DNA of 64,000 nucleotides from an uncultured Chloroflexia bacterium. Its GTDB lineage: Bacteria > Chloroflexota > Anaerolineae > JAAYZQ01. Where the stretch lies: the NCBI GenBank assembly GCA_963700285.1, contig CAVOXA010000001.1, positions 768,001 to 832,000 on the forward strand. Reading direction: 5' to 3'. Both the position numbers and the translations under genes were made by a program. Shown here in pieces: positions 42,549 through 52,265 of this stretch. Numbering within the stretch: position 1 is the stretch's first letter; the number at the start of each line of letters is the position of its first letter. The notes below the pieces were generated by a model. It ran no database searches. It was not told where the DNA came from and saw only the letters and a program-made list of their open reading frames with translations.

Positions 42549-44072
42549 ATGTCTATTCGCGACTATGTTGAGATCCTGTTGCGACGCAAGTGGATAATCA
42601 TTATCACCTTCGCATTGGTGATTGCTATCACAATCGTGGCTACTCTGCTAACGGAACCGATGTACCGCGCGTCCACCATGATGCGAGTGCTGTCGGTCAG
42701 TGGGGGCTCGTCGGGTGACTGGATCGCGTACGACACCAAACAGGTTGAGCGATTGATGAGTACCTATGCCGAGTTTGCCACCAGCCGGCCCGTGTTGCAG
42801 GAACTCAGTCAAAGACTTGAGTTGGAGGAATGGCCTCAGATTTCTGTGGAGATTCTCAACAACACCGAGTTGATGCAAATCACTGCCGAAGCGAGAGATC
42901 CGGTAGTAGCCAGGGACACTGCCAATGCTCTGGCGGAGGTCATGATTGCACAAAGCAGGGAGTTGTATACCGGTGGTGGCAAGACAGCCCAAGAGATACT
43001 TGTCGAACAGTTGGAACAGGTCAAGGGCGAGCTGGATGGAGTTTGGACTGAGTATGAGGCCCTGATCGCCCAATCTCCTGAAGCAGCGGATCAGATTGCA
43101 GCCGCCAGTCGGGCGATCGAGTTGAAGGAAGGTACGTATGCTACGCTGCTCGATCAATATGAGAGAAATCGTGTCCGAGAGGCTGTGCTGGCCAACACGC
43201 TGTCGATCATTGAACCAGCGATAGCACCCCGCAATCCAGCCAAGCCACGCAGTGAGCTGAATATTGCCCTGGGTTTGGTCATAGGCCTTGGCGGAGGTCT
43301 GGCCTTGGCTTTCTTGATAGAGAGCCTGGATACCACGCTCTATTCTGTAGAGCAGATCAAGAGGTCCACCTCATTGGCCATTCTGGGTAAGGTGCCTGCC
43401 GTGGGTCGGCAGGCTCAGAATTCACTCTTCAACGGGTCTTCTCCGCAAGGAGAGGCATTCCGTCGTCTGCGTACCAACTTGCTTACACTCGACTACGATT
43501 CCCCTCTTCGGTCCTTGTTGATCACGAGTGCGGAACCGAAAGAGGGCAAGTCGACGATAGTGTCCAATCTGGCCTTCGCCGTAGCTCAGTCAGGACGTCA
43601 GGTCGTCACGGTGGATGCTCACTTGCGACTACCAACGCTCCACAAGGTATTCGGTCTGTCCAATAGGGTTGGTCTGAGCAGCGTGCTTGAAGACAAGGCC
43701 TCGCTGGAGGATGCGATGCAGGAGACCGGAATCGCGGGCGTCCACGTGTTGACGAGTGGCCCTCTGCCGCCCAACCCCGCCGAGCTGCTAAGTTCTCCAC
43801 AGATGACGGCACTCATCGAGCGATTGACCGGACAGTATGACATGCTCTTGCTGGATACACCCTCTATCCTGGCGGTTACCGATGCAGCAGCGCTGGCCAG
43901 AAGCGCGGACGGCGTCCTGTTGATCGTGGAGCGGGCACGGGCACGCCAGGAAAGCGTGCGCGCGGCGACTCAACAGTTGGCAGACGTCAGGGCCAACCCG
44001 ATTGGCATCGTCGTGAATCGCTCGCAGCCGGACAGTGCCTACGACTACTACAGCCGGGTACCGACAGGTTGA
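42549..44072 (+). CDS. wzc: Polysaccharide co-polymerase/tyrosine kinase (fused CpsC-CpsD/Wzc)
   Basis: Wzz N-terminus, PAIAPRNPAKP, EAFRRLRTNL, Walker A EPKEGKS, LLDTP, C-terminal AYDYY. Confidence 0.9.
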   Translation: MSIRDYVEILLRRKWIIIITFALVIAITIVATLLTEPMYRASTMMRVLSVSGGSSGDWIAYDTKQVERLMSTYAEFATSRPVLQELSQRLELEEWPQISVEILNNTELMQITAEARDPVVARDTANALAEVMIAQSRELYTGGGKTAQEILVEQLEQVKGELDGVWTEYEALIAQSPEAADQIAAASRAIELKEGTYATLLDQYERNRVREAVLANTLSIIEPAIAPRNPAKPRSELNIALGLVIGLGGGLALAFLIESLDTTLYSVEQIKRSTSLAILGKVPAVGRQAQNSLFNGSSPQGEAFRRLRTNLLTLDYDSPLRSLLITSAEPKEGKSTIVSNLAFAVAQSGRQVVTVDAHLRLPTLHKVFGLSNRVGLSSVLEDKASLEDAMQETGIAGVHVLTSGPLPPNPAELLSSPQMTALIERLTGQYDMLLLDTPSILAVTDAAALARSADGVLLIVERARARQESVRAATQQLADVRANPIGIVVNRSQPDSAYDYYSRVPTG

Positions 44073-44160
44073 AGGGATCGTGGCTGTCAGCTACGACTGT
44101 CAGCCGCTTGCAGAGAATCGAGATTGGTGATTACACTCATTGGGATGCGGCGTTGAGACC

Positions 44161-45000
44161 ATGCTAGTGGATTTTGCGATAATTGGGGCACAGAAGTGTG
44201 GCACGACCAGCTTGGCCGCCCAACTGGCGGAGCACCCAGGCATCTGTTTCTGTGAGATCAAGGAACCTGGATACTTTCACAGGGTAGAGGATTGGCAGTC
44301 TGGTCTTGAAGCCTATCATCGGCTGTACGCGCCAGAAGCAGGCCAAATCTGCGGTGAAGCATCTACTATGTATACATTTCTTCCCGAGTGGCAGGGAACC
44401 CATTCCAGACTCTTTGCGTATAACCCAAACCTGAAGTTGATATATGTCATGCGGCAGCCCGTCGAGCGAGTCATATCCAACTACTCGCACGACCTGGTAA
44501 GAGGTTTTGTCAAAGCCCCGCCAGAGACAGCAGTTTTTGAGGATCCCACCTACATCAATCGCAGCCGGTACACTGTTCAGATGCGGCCTTACCTGGAGCT
44601 CTTCCCGCGAGAGAACATCCTACTGTTGGTCTTCGAAGAGTATGTCGCCAATCAACCCCAGACACTGCAGCAGATTGCTGCCTTTCTTGGTATCTCATCA
44701 GGTGCCTTTACCGATACGGGTTCAATGGACAAGCACAAGTCGGTTGGCCAGACCTATCTCAAGAACTCTGCGATACGGGCATTGGTCAGGTCCAGGGCTT
44801 TCCAGGCAGTACGACCGCGTCTGTCGGCATCCATCCGGCGGCCGATTCGGCGCCGCCTGGCGAATGAACTGTACGAAAAGCCACGCTTCTCACCGTCACT
44901 TAGGCAAGTGATCTGGCGTTTTGTAGAAGACGATGTTCATGGAGTGGAGGAGCTTCTAGGACGGCGCCTCGATGTGTGGCGCCTCGGGGAGACCGGATGA
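44161..45000 (+). CDS. PAPS-dependent sulfotransferase, heparan sulfate N/3-O-ST-like class
   Basis: 5'-PSB IIGAQKCGTTSL, KEPGYF, GEASTMY, 3'-PB MRQPVERVISNY. Confidence 0.88.
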   Translation: MLVDFAIIGAQKCGTTSLAAQLAEHPGICFCEIKEPGYFHRVEDWQSGLEAYHRLYAPEAGQICGEASTMYTFLPEWQGTHSRLFAYNPNLKLIYVMRQPVERVISNYSHDLVRGFVKAPPETAVFEDPTYINRSRYTVQMRPYLELFPRENILLLVFEEYVANQPQTLQQIAAFLGISSGAFTDTGSMDKHKSVGQTYLKNSAIRALVRSRAFQAVRPRLSASIRRPIRRRLANELYEKPRFSPSLRQVIWRFVEDDVHGVEELLGRRLDVWRLGETG

Positions 45001-46358
45001 AGCAGCTAGCCTATCCCAGAAGGGTCTTGAGTTTCCGCTTCGAGCAATCGCGCCTGAGCTCGGCCCGTGTCCTTCCGCTCATTGACTTTATGCTCATTGT
45101 TGCCTTTCTGCTGGATCTCTTTACCTCCTATCTCACTTGGAAGGGTTACTTGCCCGAGGTTGTGACTTCGATTTCCCAGCTCTTGGTGGCCGCAGCGGTT
45201 GCGTTCGCGTATACGCGGATGATGATGCTCAACCGCATCCCTGCTGGTGTGTGGGCGCTTCTGGGAGTCTCAGCCATCGGATTCACCGTAGCGCTCTTTC
45301 GGGGGCAGGGCCTCGTTGCGACGCTTTGGGGCTGGTGGAACCTGTTCAAATACCCGATGCTGGGGATTTATGCCTATCTTCGTCTGCGCTGGCCAGACGA
45401 TTTCGCACAAACGCTGACGAGAGTCTGCTTTGGAATAGTGGCATTTGAGACGGTCTTTCAGATCTTCCAATATGTAACAGGCGAGCCCATCGGGGACAAC
45501 TTGGCTGGGACATTCGGTTGGCACGGCGTTAACCATATCCTCTTTCTTACCTGTCTTGCCTTGAGCCTGGCCCTGGGCCTTTGGGTGGCTGAAGGACGGT
45601 GGCGGCCACTGTTGGCAATCTTGGTCCTGGGTGCCGTGGCAAATGTGTTGGCCGAAAATAAGATCTTTCCAGTTGCTGCCCTGGCCATGTCTGCGATTGC
45701 CATCGCTATGTACGTCCTCCGGCGCGGTCAACTATCAAGGCTGCTACTATTCGGCGTTTTGGTAGTGGCCGGTCTCTGGTTATACTCAGCCGGATACAAC
45801 AGTTTCGTGCCGGGCGCCGATAGAGAGCCCCTTGAGAGGCTCTTTGTGGAGGAAGATGCCCGCGAGAACTATTTGAATAAGGTGAAGCGATCAGAGACGG
45901 CGGAGCAACAAACCTACAATCTTGGTCGAAATGTGGCCGTGGAGTATGCTCTGAGTACCCTAAGTGGGGACGCCGTGCTCATGGGGTTTGGTTTCGGCTT
46001 GGGAGCTCGGAGCCAGAGTGGCACGCTGGGTGTGTCAGGTGCCGCGCTCGAGCAGGACAGTTTTGATCGGGGCAGCCAGCTTGTGGCGATTTTGCAGGAG
46101 ATGGGCCTCTTTGGTCTGGTCATGGTTACGGGCTTCACAATGTGGGTGTCGGTCAGGCTGTGGCTCGATGCCAGGCGCAACCCAGAGTCGCCGGCAACCA
46201 GCTTGCGATACGGCCTGCTTTTCTTCTCGCTATGCTGGCCAGTTTGGCTGTGGTACAAGAACCCATTGGGGGCTGATGTGGCCATGATGCTCTACTGGGT
46301 TGGGCTGGGCTATGTACTGAGTGAGCCTCACCTGGAACACCTGAGCGATCGACTGTAG
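44997..46358 (+). CDS. Multi-pass membrane protein, probable Wzy polymerase/O-antigen ligase family
   Basis: ~10-12 hydrophobic segments, GFGFGLG and LQEMGLFGL flanking a large loop; ATGA coupling. Confidence 0.7.
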   Translation: MKQLAYPRRVLSFRFEQSRLSSARVLPLIDFMLIVAFLLDLFTSYLTWKGYLPEVVTSISQLLVAAAVAFAYTRMMMLNRIPAGVWALLGVSAIGFTVALFRGQGLVATLWGWWNLFKYPMLGIYAYLRLRWPDDFAQTLTRVCFGIVAFETVFQIFQYVTGEPIGDNLAGTFGWHGVNHILFLTCLALSLALGLWVAEGRWRPLLAILVLGAVANVLAENKIFPVAALAMSAIAIAMYVLRRGQLSRLLLFGVLVVAGLWLYSAGYNSFVPGADREPLERLFVEEDARENYLNKVKRSETAEQQTYNLGRNVAVEYALSTLSGDAVLMGFGFGLGARSQSGTLGVSGAALEQDSFDRGSQLVAILQEMGLFGLVMVTGFTMWVSVRLWLDARRNPESPATSLRYGLLFFSLCWPVWLWYKNPLGADVAMMLYWVGLGYVLSEPHLEHLSDRL

Positions 46359-46385
46359 TTGGTTCAGGTTGGTCGGAGTGGTAGA

Positions 46386-47579
46386 TTGAGCGATGCTGTG
46401 AGGGATAGAGGGCTACCATCTGTTTTGTGGGTATCGGCCAGGCCCATGGCCTCTGCCCTGGATTCTGCAACCTGGCTGGAGACGACCCGTGAGCTGCGTC
46501 AGCAGGGCTGGCCCATCACGCTGGTCGGTGAAGGCCCTGCTGGCGAGCACTGTATTCAGGGCGTCACAGTGCATTGCCTGCCAAAGTCCCGGGCGTATGG
46601 CTTGGGCTATTGCCTCTTTCACTTGAGGCTATGGCGATTCTTGTTCCAGCAGAGGGCCAATTACGATGCCGTTCTCTTCCATCAGAAGTCGGCGCCATGG
46701 GTTCTACCTCTTCGCTTGGTGCGGAGGCTTGGGGCTTGGAGGCGCCCGCTGTTGACAATGGATACACGGGATGTTGTAGCGGCAGGCACAAGCCTGAGAA
46801 ACCGGCTGCGCCGGCTCTACTTCCGCTGCGCACATTGGCTTGCCAATCAATGGGCAGATGGTCAGATGGCGATCACTCCGCGCATGGCCCAGCTAGTGGG
46901 CATCCCATCCGCCCAACTGTGGGGTACTTGGCCATCAGGCGTCGACCTGGAGCGATTTCGGCCCGCCCAGGCTGGACGGCAGTGGCCTGGCCCGGGGCGT
47001 TCGATCCATTTGATGTACATTGGCAAGTTTGTGCGAGATCGCAACCTCACGCTTTTGTGCCGGGCTGTCGAGCGCGCAAACCTGGAGGGCATGGCCTTTG
47101 CTCTGTCTCTTATCGGCGATGGACCTGAGCGGCAAGCTCTGGACGAGGCAGCGAGGAGTGCTGAGGGAGCCATTCACGTTGGATCGCCGGTGCCCCATGA
47201 CCGGGTCCCTCAACTGTTGAAGCAGGTTCACGTTGGAGTGACATCGCTACCATCGTCAATCGATAGAAAGTTTGAGGCGTCCAGCCCGATCAAGCTGTTT
47301 GAGTACATGGCTGCTGGGCTGCCAGTGATGGCTACGGACAATGCCTGCCATACAGATGTGGTTGGTGAGGGTACCTATGCGTTTTGGGTCCGGGAAGCCA
47401 GCGAGGAAGGAATGCTGGCGACTCTCCGTCTGGTGGCTCGGTCCCAGAAGAGCCTGGGTGACAAAGGTGCCGAAGCGGCTGCTGCTGCCCAGGCATGGAC
47501 GTGGGAGGAAGCTGGCAGGAAACTTGGACTGGCTCTGGAGCGCGGGCTACTGGGGCCTGCCGGTCGGCCGCCCGCATAG
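46386..47579 (+). CDS. Glycosyltransferase family 4
   Basis: PSGVDLERF, SSPIKLFEYMAAGLPV. Confidence 0.85.
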   Translation: MSDAVRDRGLPSVLWVSARPMASALDSATWLETTRELRQQGWPITLVGEGPAGEHCIQGVTVHCLPKSRAYGLGYCLFHLRLWRFLFQQRANYDAVLFHQKSAPWVLPLRLVRRLGAWRRPLLTMDTRDVVAAGTSLRNRLRRLYFRCAHWLANQWADGQMAITPRMAQLVGIPSAQLWGTWPSGVDLERFRPAQAGRQWPGPGRSIHLMYIGKFVRDRNLTLLCRAVERANLEGMAFALSLIGDGPERQALDEAARSAEGAIHVGSPVPHDRVPQLLKQVHVGVTSLPSSIDRKFEASSPIKLFEYMAAGLPVMATDNACHTDVVGEGTYAFWVREASEEGMLATLRLVARSQKSLGDKGAEAAAAAQAWTWEEAGRKLGLALERGLLGPAGRPPA

Positions 47580-47623
47580 TCATGTTTGGGTCCAGCAGAA
47601 GCGCTTTTATCCCGAGGGTAGGT

Positions 47624-48757
47624 ATGGAAGTCGAAACGAAGCCTCTAAAAGTTCTCATTGTAAGTCGGTCCTTCGAGTTTCGAGGTGGGGTCGCGAACTA
47701 TGTGCAGGCGCTGGTGGAGCATACAGACACTGATCGCGTCTCATTCACGCACGTAGCTGTGTCAAAGGCTGAAGTCTCAAGTTCAGGGTGGCGCCGCCCC
47801 TTTGAATACCTGGACAGCATTGTGCGCTTTGGCAGGGCGGTTCTCGACGTACGTCCCGATGTGGTTCATCTGAACCCTTCGCTGAATAGTCGCTCCCTGC
47901 CCTTGCATGTCTGTCTGCTCCTTGTGGCCAAGGCGTTTGGGCAGTCCGTGTATTTGTTCTTCCATGGCTGGGACGACCGCGTAGCTCTGGCCATGATGAA
48001 CGGTACGTGGATGGGTCGCTTGTTGAGAGGCGTGCTGCGCAAGGCGGACTATTGTTCTGTGCTATCGGAGCAGTTTCGGAATCAGTTGATCCAGGCTGGC
48101 TGGGATCCCTCTCGTGTGCAGGTTCTACCGTTGATGATAGATGTTGCTGCCTATCAGCGACGTGCAGAGCGAGGGGAGACAGAATCGGACGGGAATGAGT
48201 CATTTCACGTGCTCTTCCTTTCCCGTTTGGCGCCTGACAAGGGTGTCTGGGAGTTGATGGATGCGGTTGAATGGCTCAAGGGAGCCTACCCCGATGCTCC
48301 GCTTTACTTTACATGTGCAGGCGATGGCTCGGAGTATGAGGGCCTCAAGGACTATGTACAGGCCAAGGGATTGGCTGACATGGTACATCTTCCAGGCTAT
48401 TTGCGTGGCGAGCAAAAACATACTGCCTACCGTAGCGCCGACCTATTCGCGTTCCCTTCTTTTCATGCTGAGGGCTTTCCCATCGCGGTCATTGAATCGC
48501 TGGCCGCGGGATTGCCAGTTGTCTATACACCAGTTGGCGCCCTGGCCGAGATCCTTGGGCCGGAAAATGGGACCCGAATCGAGTTGGCCGACGTATCAGG
48601 CGAAATCCTTGGGGAAGAGATCTGGAACTTGTATCGAGATCCGGATCGCCGCCGGTCCATGGGAGCGTTCAACCAGCAGCTTGCACAGCGGTTTGATGTT
48701 CGCCTCGTGTGCGCAGACACGGTTGATCTGTATCGGCGAGTGGCGTCCAGGAAATGA
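47624..48757 (+). CDS. Glycosyltransferase family 4
   Basis: GGVANY, FLSRLAPDKG, EGFPIAVIESLAAGLPV. Confidence 0.88.
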   Translation: MEVETKPLKVLIVSRSFEFRGGVANYVQALVEHTDTDRVSFTHVAVSKAEVSSSGWRRPFEYLDSIVRFGRAVLDVRPDVVHLNPSLNSRSLPLHVCLLLVAKAFGQSVYLFFHGWDDRVALAMMNGTWMGRLLRGVLRKADYCSVLSEQFRNQLIQAGWDPSRVQVLPLMIDVAAYQRRAERGETESDGNESFHVLFLSRLAPDKGVWELMDAVEWLKGAYPDAPLYFTCAGDGSEYEGLKDYVQAKGLADMVHLPGYLRGEQKHTAYRSADLFAFPSFHAEGFPIAVIESLAAGLPVVYTPVGALAEILGPENGTRIELADVSGEILGEEIWNLYRDPDRRRSMGAFNQQLAQRFDVRLVCADTVDLYRRVASRK

Positions 48758-49728
48758 AGCCTGTAATCAGTGACTCAGCAACACAACATAGAACAGTTGT
48801 GGACGGCCATTTGGCGCGTACACCGGCACAGCGCAAACCGTTGGTGGTCTATATCATGGGCGACGGGCGCAGTGGGAGTACCGTGACCAGTGTTGTGCTG
48901 GGCAATCATCCGTGCATCTCGAGCAATGGCGAGCTGCACAAGTTCGCCAGATACTGGGGTCATCCAAAGAGGGACAACGACAAGGAGAAAGACCTACGCT
49001 TCTGGAAAGAGGTACGAGATTATTTCCAGTCAGAGGGACTGTCTACGGACTACAAACATCTGGAAGACTTGCAGGGCAAGATTGAGAACTATGGCAGCTT
49101 TTGGAGATTGCTGTTCCATCGCGTTCCGGTAGACATCTGTTCCGAGTACTGTACGCACGTAAGGGGCTTGTTCAGAGCCATTAGCGCGGTAAGCAAAAGG
49201 GACATCATTGTGGACGAGTCCAAGAGGCCGACTCGCGGTTATGCACTTCTCCGTTGCCCAGATCTGGATGTACGTATCATTCACCTGGTACGCGATCCGC
49301 GGGGTGTGGTATGGTCGCAGAAAAAGCGTTCGGTCGAACACATGTACAAGTCTCCTCTCACCGCTGGGTTGCACTATTCTACCAAGAACTTGATGTCGCT
49401 CCTCGTTCATCTGAGGGCTCCCCGTGGGAGAGTCATGCGGGTCCGATATGAGGATTTCGTGAGAGAGCCTGCAGTAGAATTGACCAGAATCGGCAAGTTC
49501 CTGGATCTGTCGATGGTCCCGGTCATCGAGAGAATAGAGGCCGGCGAGCCTTTGCAGGTTCCGGTCCTTTTGGATGGAAACCGAATTCGGTGTGAGAAAG
49601 AGATCACACTGCGGTTTGATGATTCTTGGCGCAGACGACAGAGCTTGGGGGAGCGTCTTACAGCGATTCTGTCCACCCTGCCTTTCTTTCTTCGGTTTGG
49701 CTATTGGAATTACCCGTACGATTCATAG
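48754..49728 (+). CDS. PAPS-dependent sulfotransferase, carbohydrate 6-O-ST (CHST)-like class
   Basis: 5'-PSB YIMGDGRSGST, IVDESK, 3'-PB HLVRDPRGVVWS, RVRYEDFV. Confidence 0.87.
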   Translation: MKPVISDSATQHRTVVDGHLARTPAQRKPLVVYIMGDGRSGSTVTSVVLGNHPCISSNGELHKFARYWGHPKRDNDKEKDLRFWKEVRDYFQSEGLSTDYKHLEDLQGKIENYGSFWRLLFHRVPVDICSEYCTHVRGLFRAISAVSKRDIIVDESKRPTRGYALLRCPDLDVRIIHLVRDPRGVVWSQKKRSVEHMYKSPLTAGLHYSTKNLMSLLVHLRAPRGRVMRVRYEDFVREPAVELTRIGKFLDLSMVPVIERIEAGEPLQVPVLLDGNRIRCEKEITLRFDDSWRRRQSLGERLTAILSTLPFFLRFGYWNYPYDS

Positions 49729-49786
49729 GCAGCATTGCGGATGGCAGAGCGGGTAGTACTTGAACTTTTGCGAATGATGGATCTGG

Positions 49787-50959
49787 ATGGTACCTACTGA
49801 CGAGAGCCTACGAAATGCAATAGTGCGCCTGGACGAATGGGTTCAAGCCGCGGGCTATGGAGCCTACGATCCTTTTGATGGACTGAACTCGTGGATCCGT
49901 CCGCTCATGCTCAATAGGCTGAGCCGTCAGGCCTTGCAGCAGGGTGTGAAGCGTTCTCCTGTGAACCTGCGGCCCGTGCTTGGCATCCGGCCAGCGATCA
50001 GTTCGAAAGGCATGGGGTATTTTGCTCGAGGATATCTAAAGCTCTATGCGTTGACGGGTGAAGCGGAGTGGGCTACCAAGGCGCGCCATTGCTTGGATTG
50101 GCTCAGGGCTCATCCCAATCCTGCTTACGCGGGACTTGCCTGGGGCAATCACTTTGACTATCAGTCCAGGGTGTTCTACCTTGCTAAAGGTGAGCCTACC
50201 GTTGTGTGGACAGCCCATATCGCCTTCGCTTTCTTGGATGCCTGGGAGCTTTTTGGAGAGGATAGGGATCTTGAAGCGGCGCAGGGTGTGTGCCGGTTCA
50301 TCCTGAGCGAACTCGAGCGTCGTCCTGAGGGTGGTGGAGTATGTATCAGCTATGTACCTGGCAGCTACCACGCTGTTCACAATGCGAATATGCTGGCGGC
50401 GGCGGCCTTGGCCAGAACATATGCGCACACGAACCTGGATGAGCTTAGGCAGACAGCCTTGGACGCAGTGGCCTATACGGTGCCTGCGCAACGGGATGAC
50501 GGATCCTGGTGGTATGGTGAGGCGGAGAATCTGAGATGGGTGGACAATTTCCATACAGGCTATGTACTGGACTGCTTGTGGTGGTACATGGTCTCTACGG
50601 GGGACCAGCAGTGGCGGCCGGCATTTGACTATGGCGCTCGCTTTTTCATAGAAAGCTTTTTCCTGGAAGATGGCACGCCCAAGTACTACCCCGACCAGAC
50701 CTATCCAGTTGATATTCAGTGCGCGGCACAAGCGATTGAAACCTTGGCTCTACTGGCCAGGCATTGGGATCTTTCGTGTCGGGTGCTAGCGGAGCAAGTG
50801 GCGGCGTGGACCGTTGCCAACATGCAAGACGTGGATGGCCACTTTTACTTCCAGCGTGGACGTAGGTGGGTGAACAAAACGCCAATGCTCCATTGGGGCC
50901 AGGCAACGATGTTCCATGCCCTGGCTTGTCTACTTGAGGTGGAGAGCGATGAGGATTAG
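49787..50959 (+). CDS. Conserved polysaccharide-cluster protein with predicted (alpha/alpha) toroid fold
   Basis: YDPFDGLNS, WGNHFDYQSR, HNANMLAAA, QRDDGSWWYG, VDNFHTGY; overlaps the algD-like gene. Confidence 0.65.
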   Translation: MVPTDESLRNAIVRLDEWVQAAGYGAYDPFDGLNSWIRPLMLNRLSRQALQQGVKRSPVNLRPVLGIRPAISSKGMGYFARGYLKLYALTGEAEWATKARHCLDWLRAHPNPAYAGLAWGNHFDYQSRVFYLAKGEPTVVWTAHIAFAFLDAWELFGEDRDLEAAQGVCRFILSELERRPEGGGVCISYVPGSYHAVHNANMLAAAALARTYAHTNLDELRQTALDAVAYTVPAQRDDGSWWYGEAENLRWVDNFHTGYVLDCLWWYMVSTGDQQWRPAFDYGARFFIESFFLEDGTPKYYPDQTYPVDIQCAAQAIETLALLARHWDLSCRVLAEQVAAWTVANMQDVDGHFYFQRGRRWVNKTPMLHWGQATMFHALACLLEVESDED

Positions 50960-52265
50960 TGTTCTTGGTTTAGGCTATGTGGGCTGTGTATCGGTTGCCT
51001 GCATGGCTGCAGACGGACACCAAGTAGTCGGCGTTGACATCAATCCGGTCAAGGTGGATATCATCAATCGGGGTTGCAGCCCCATCGTCGAGCGTGACCT
51101 GGACGAACTGCTCGAAGAGGGAGTATCTCAAGGCCGGCTTCGGGCCACGGTGGACGCAACGGAAGCTGTGCAGCAGAGCGATCTCAGCCTTATCTGCGTG
51201 GGAACCCCCGGTGACTCTAACGGGCGGCTTGACCTGCAGTATGTCGAACGGGTCTCGGCAGATGTAGGGCGCGCCTTGCAGAGCAAGGCCAGGCATCACG
51301 TGGTCGTCGTACGCAGCACGATGCTGCCGGGTAGTACAAATGACATCGTTCTGCCTATTCTAGAACGAGAGTCGGGTCGAAGGGCGGGGGAGGGTTTTGG
51401 ACTGGCCTACAATCCAGAGTTCCTGAGGGAGGGATCTGCCATCAGAGACTACTATGATCCCCCTAGGACGGTGATAGGCGAGTTCGACGAGTCCAGCGGG
51501 GATGCTTTGGCCGCCATCTATCAGAATTTGGACGCACCCTTGATCCGGACCAGTATCAAGACGGCCGAGTTGGTCAAGTATGCGGATAATGCTTTTCATG
51601 CGCTCAAGATCTCTTTCGCCAACGAAATCGGTGTGATGGCTGGGGCTGAAGGGATCGATAGCCACGAGCTAATGGATATCTTTGTCCAGGACACCAAGCT
51701 TAACCTGTCGCCGGTGTATTTGCGGCCCGGATATGCTTTCGGCGGGTCTTGCCTGCCCAAAGATCTGAGGGCCCTGAACCATCGGGCCCGGAGAAGAGAT
51801 CTGTCGACCCCGGTACTGGCATCCATCCTAGAGAGCAACGAAGGCCATAAGCGCCGTGCTTTTGCACTTGTGAAGGAGACGGGCAAGAAGCGGGTGGCCG
51901 TCCTGGGACTAAGCTTCAAGCCGAATACGGACGACTTGCGGGAGAGCCCCGCGGTCGAACTGGTGGAGAGACTGCTGGGCAAAGGATATCAGCTCAAGAT
52001 CTATGATCGGAACGTCGCCCTGGCCAGGCTTGTGGGTGCGAACAAGGAGTTCATCGAGAGAGAAATTCCCCACATCGCGTCGCTCATGGTGCCCGATGTT
52101 CAAAGCGCATTGGCTGATGCAGAGGTGGTGGTCGTGACTAGTGGCGATGCAGAGTTTCGCCAGGTGGCCGGTAGGCTGCGCCCCGACCAGATTCTTGTGG
52201 AGCTAGAGCGTGTCGTCGATGATGTGAGCGGGTTGGGGGAGAGATACCATGGCATTGCCTGGTGA
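50949..52265 (+). CDS. algD: GDP-mannose 6-dehydrogenase-like (UDP-glucose/GDP-mannose dehydrogenase family, AlgD clade)
   Basis: GLGYVGCVS, NPEFLREG, NAFHALKISFANE, KLNLSPVYLRPGYAFGGSCLPKD, FKPNTDDLRESP. Confidence 0.8.
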   Translation: MRISVLGLGYVGCVSVACMAADGHQVVGVDINPVKVDIINRGCSPIVERDLDELLEEGVSQGRLRATVDATEAVQQSDLSLICVGTPGDSNGRLDLQYVERVSADVGRALQSKARHHVVVVRSTMLPGSTNDIVLPILERESGRRAGEGFGLAYNPEFLREGSAIRDYYDPPRTVIGEFDESSGDALAAIYQNLDAPLIRTSIKTAELVKYADNAFHALKISFANEIGVMAGAEGIDSHELMDIFVQDTKLNLSPVYLRPGYAFGGSCLPKDLRALNHRARRRDLSTPVLASILESNEGHKRRAFALVKETGKKRVAVLGLSFKPNTDDLRESPAVELVERLLGKGYQLKIYDRNVALARLVGANKEFIEREIPHIASLMVPDVQSALADAEVVVVTSGDAEFRQVAGRLRPDQILVELERVVDDVSGLGERYHGIAW

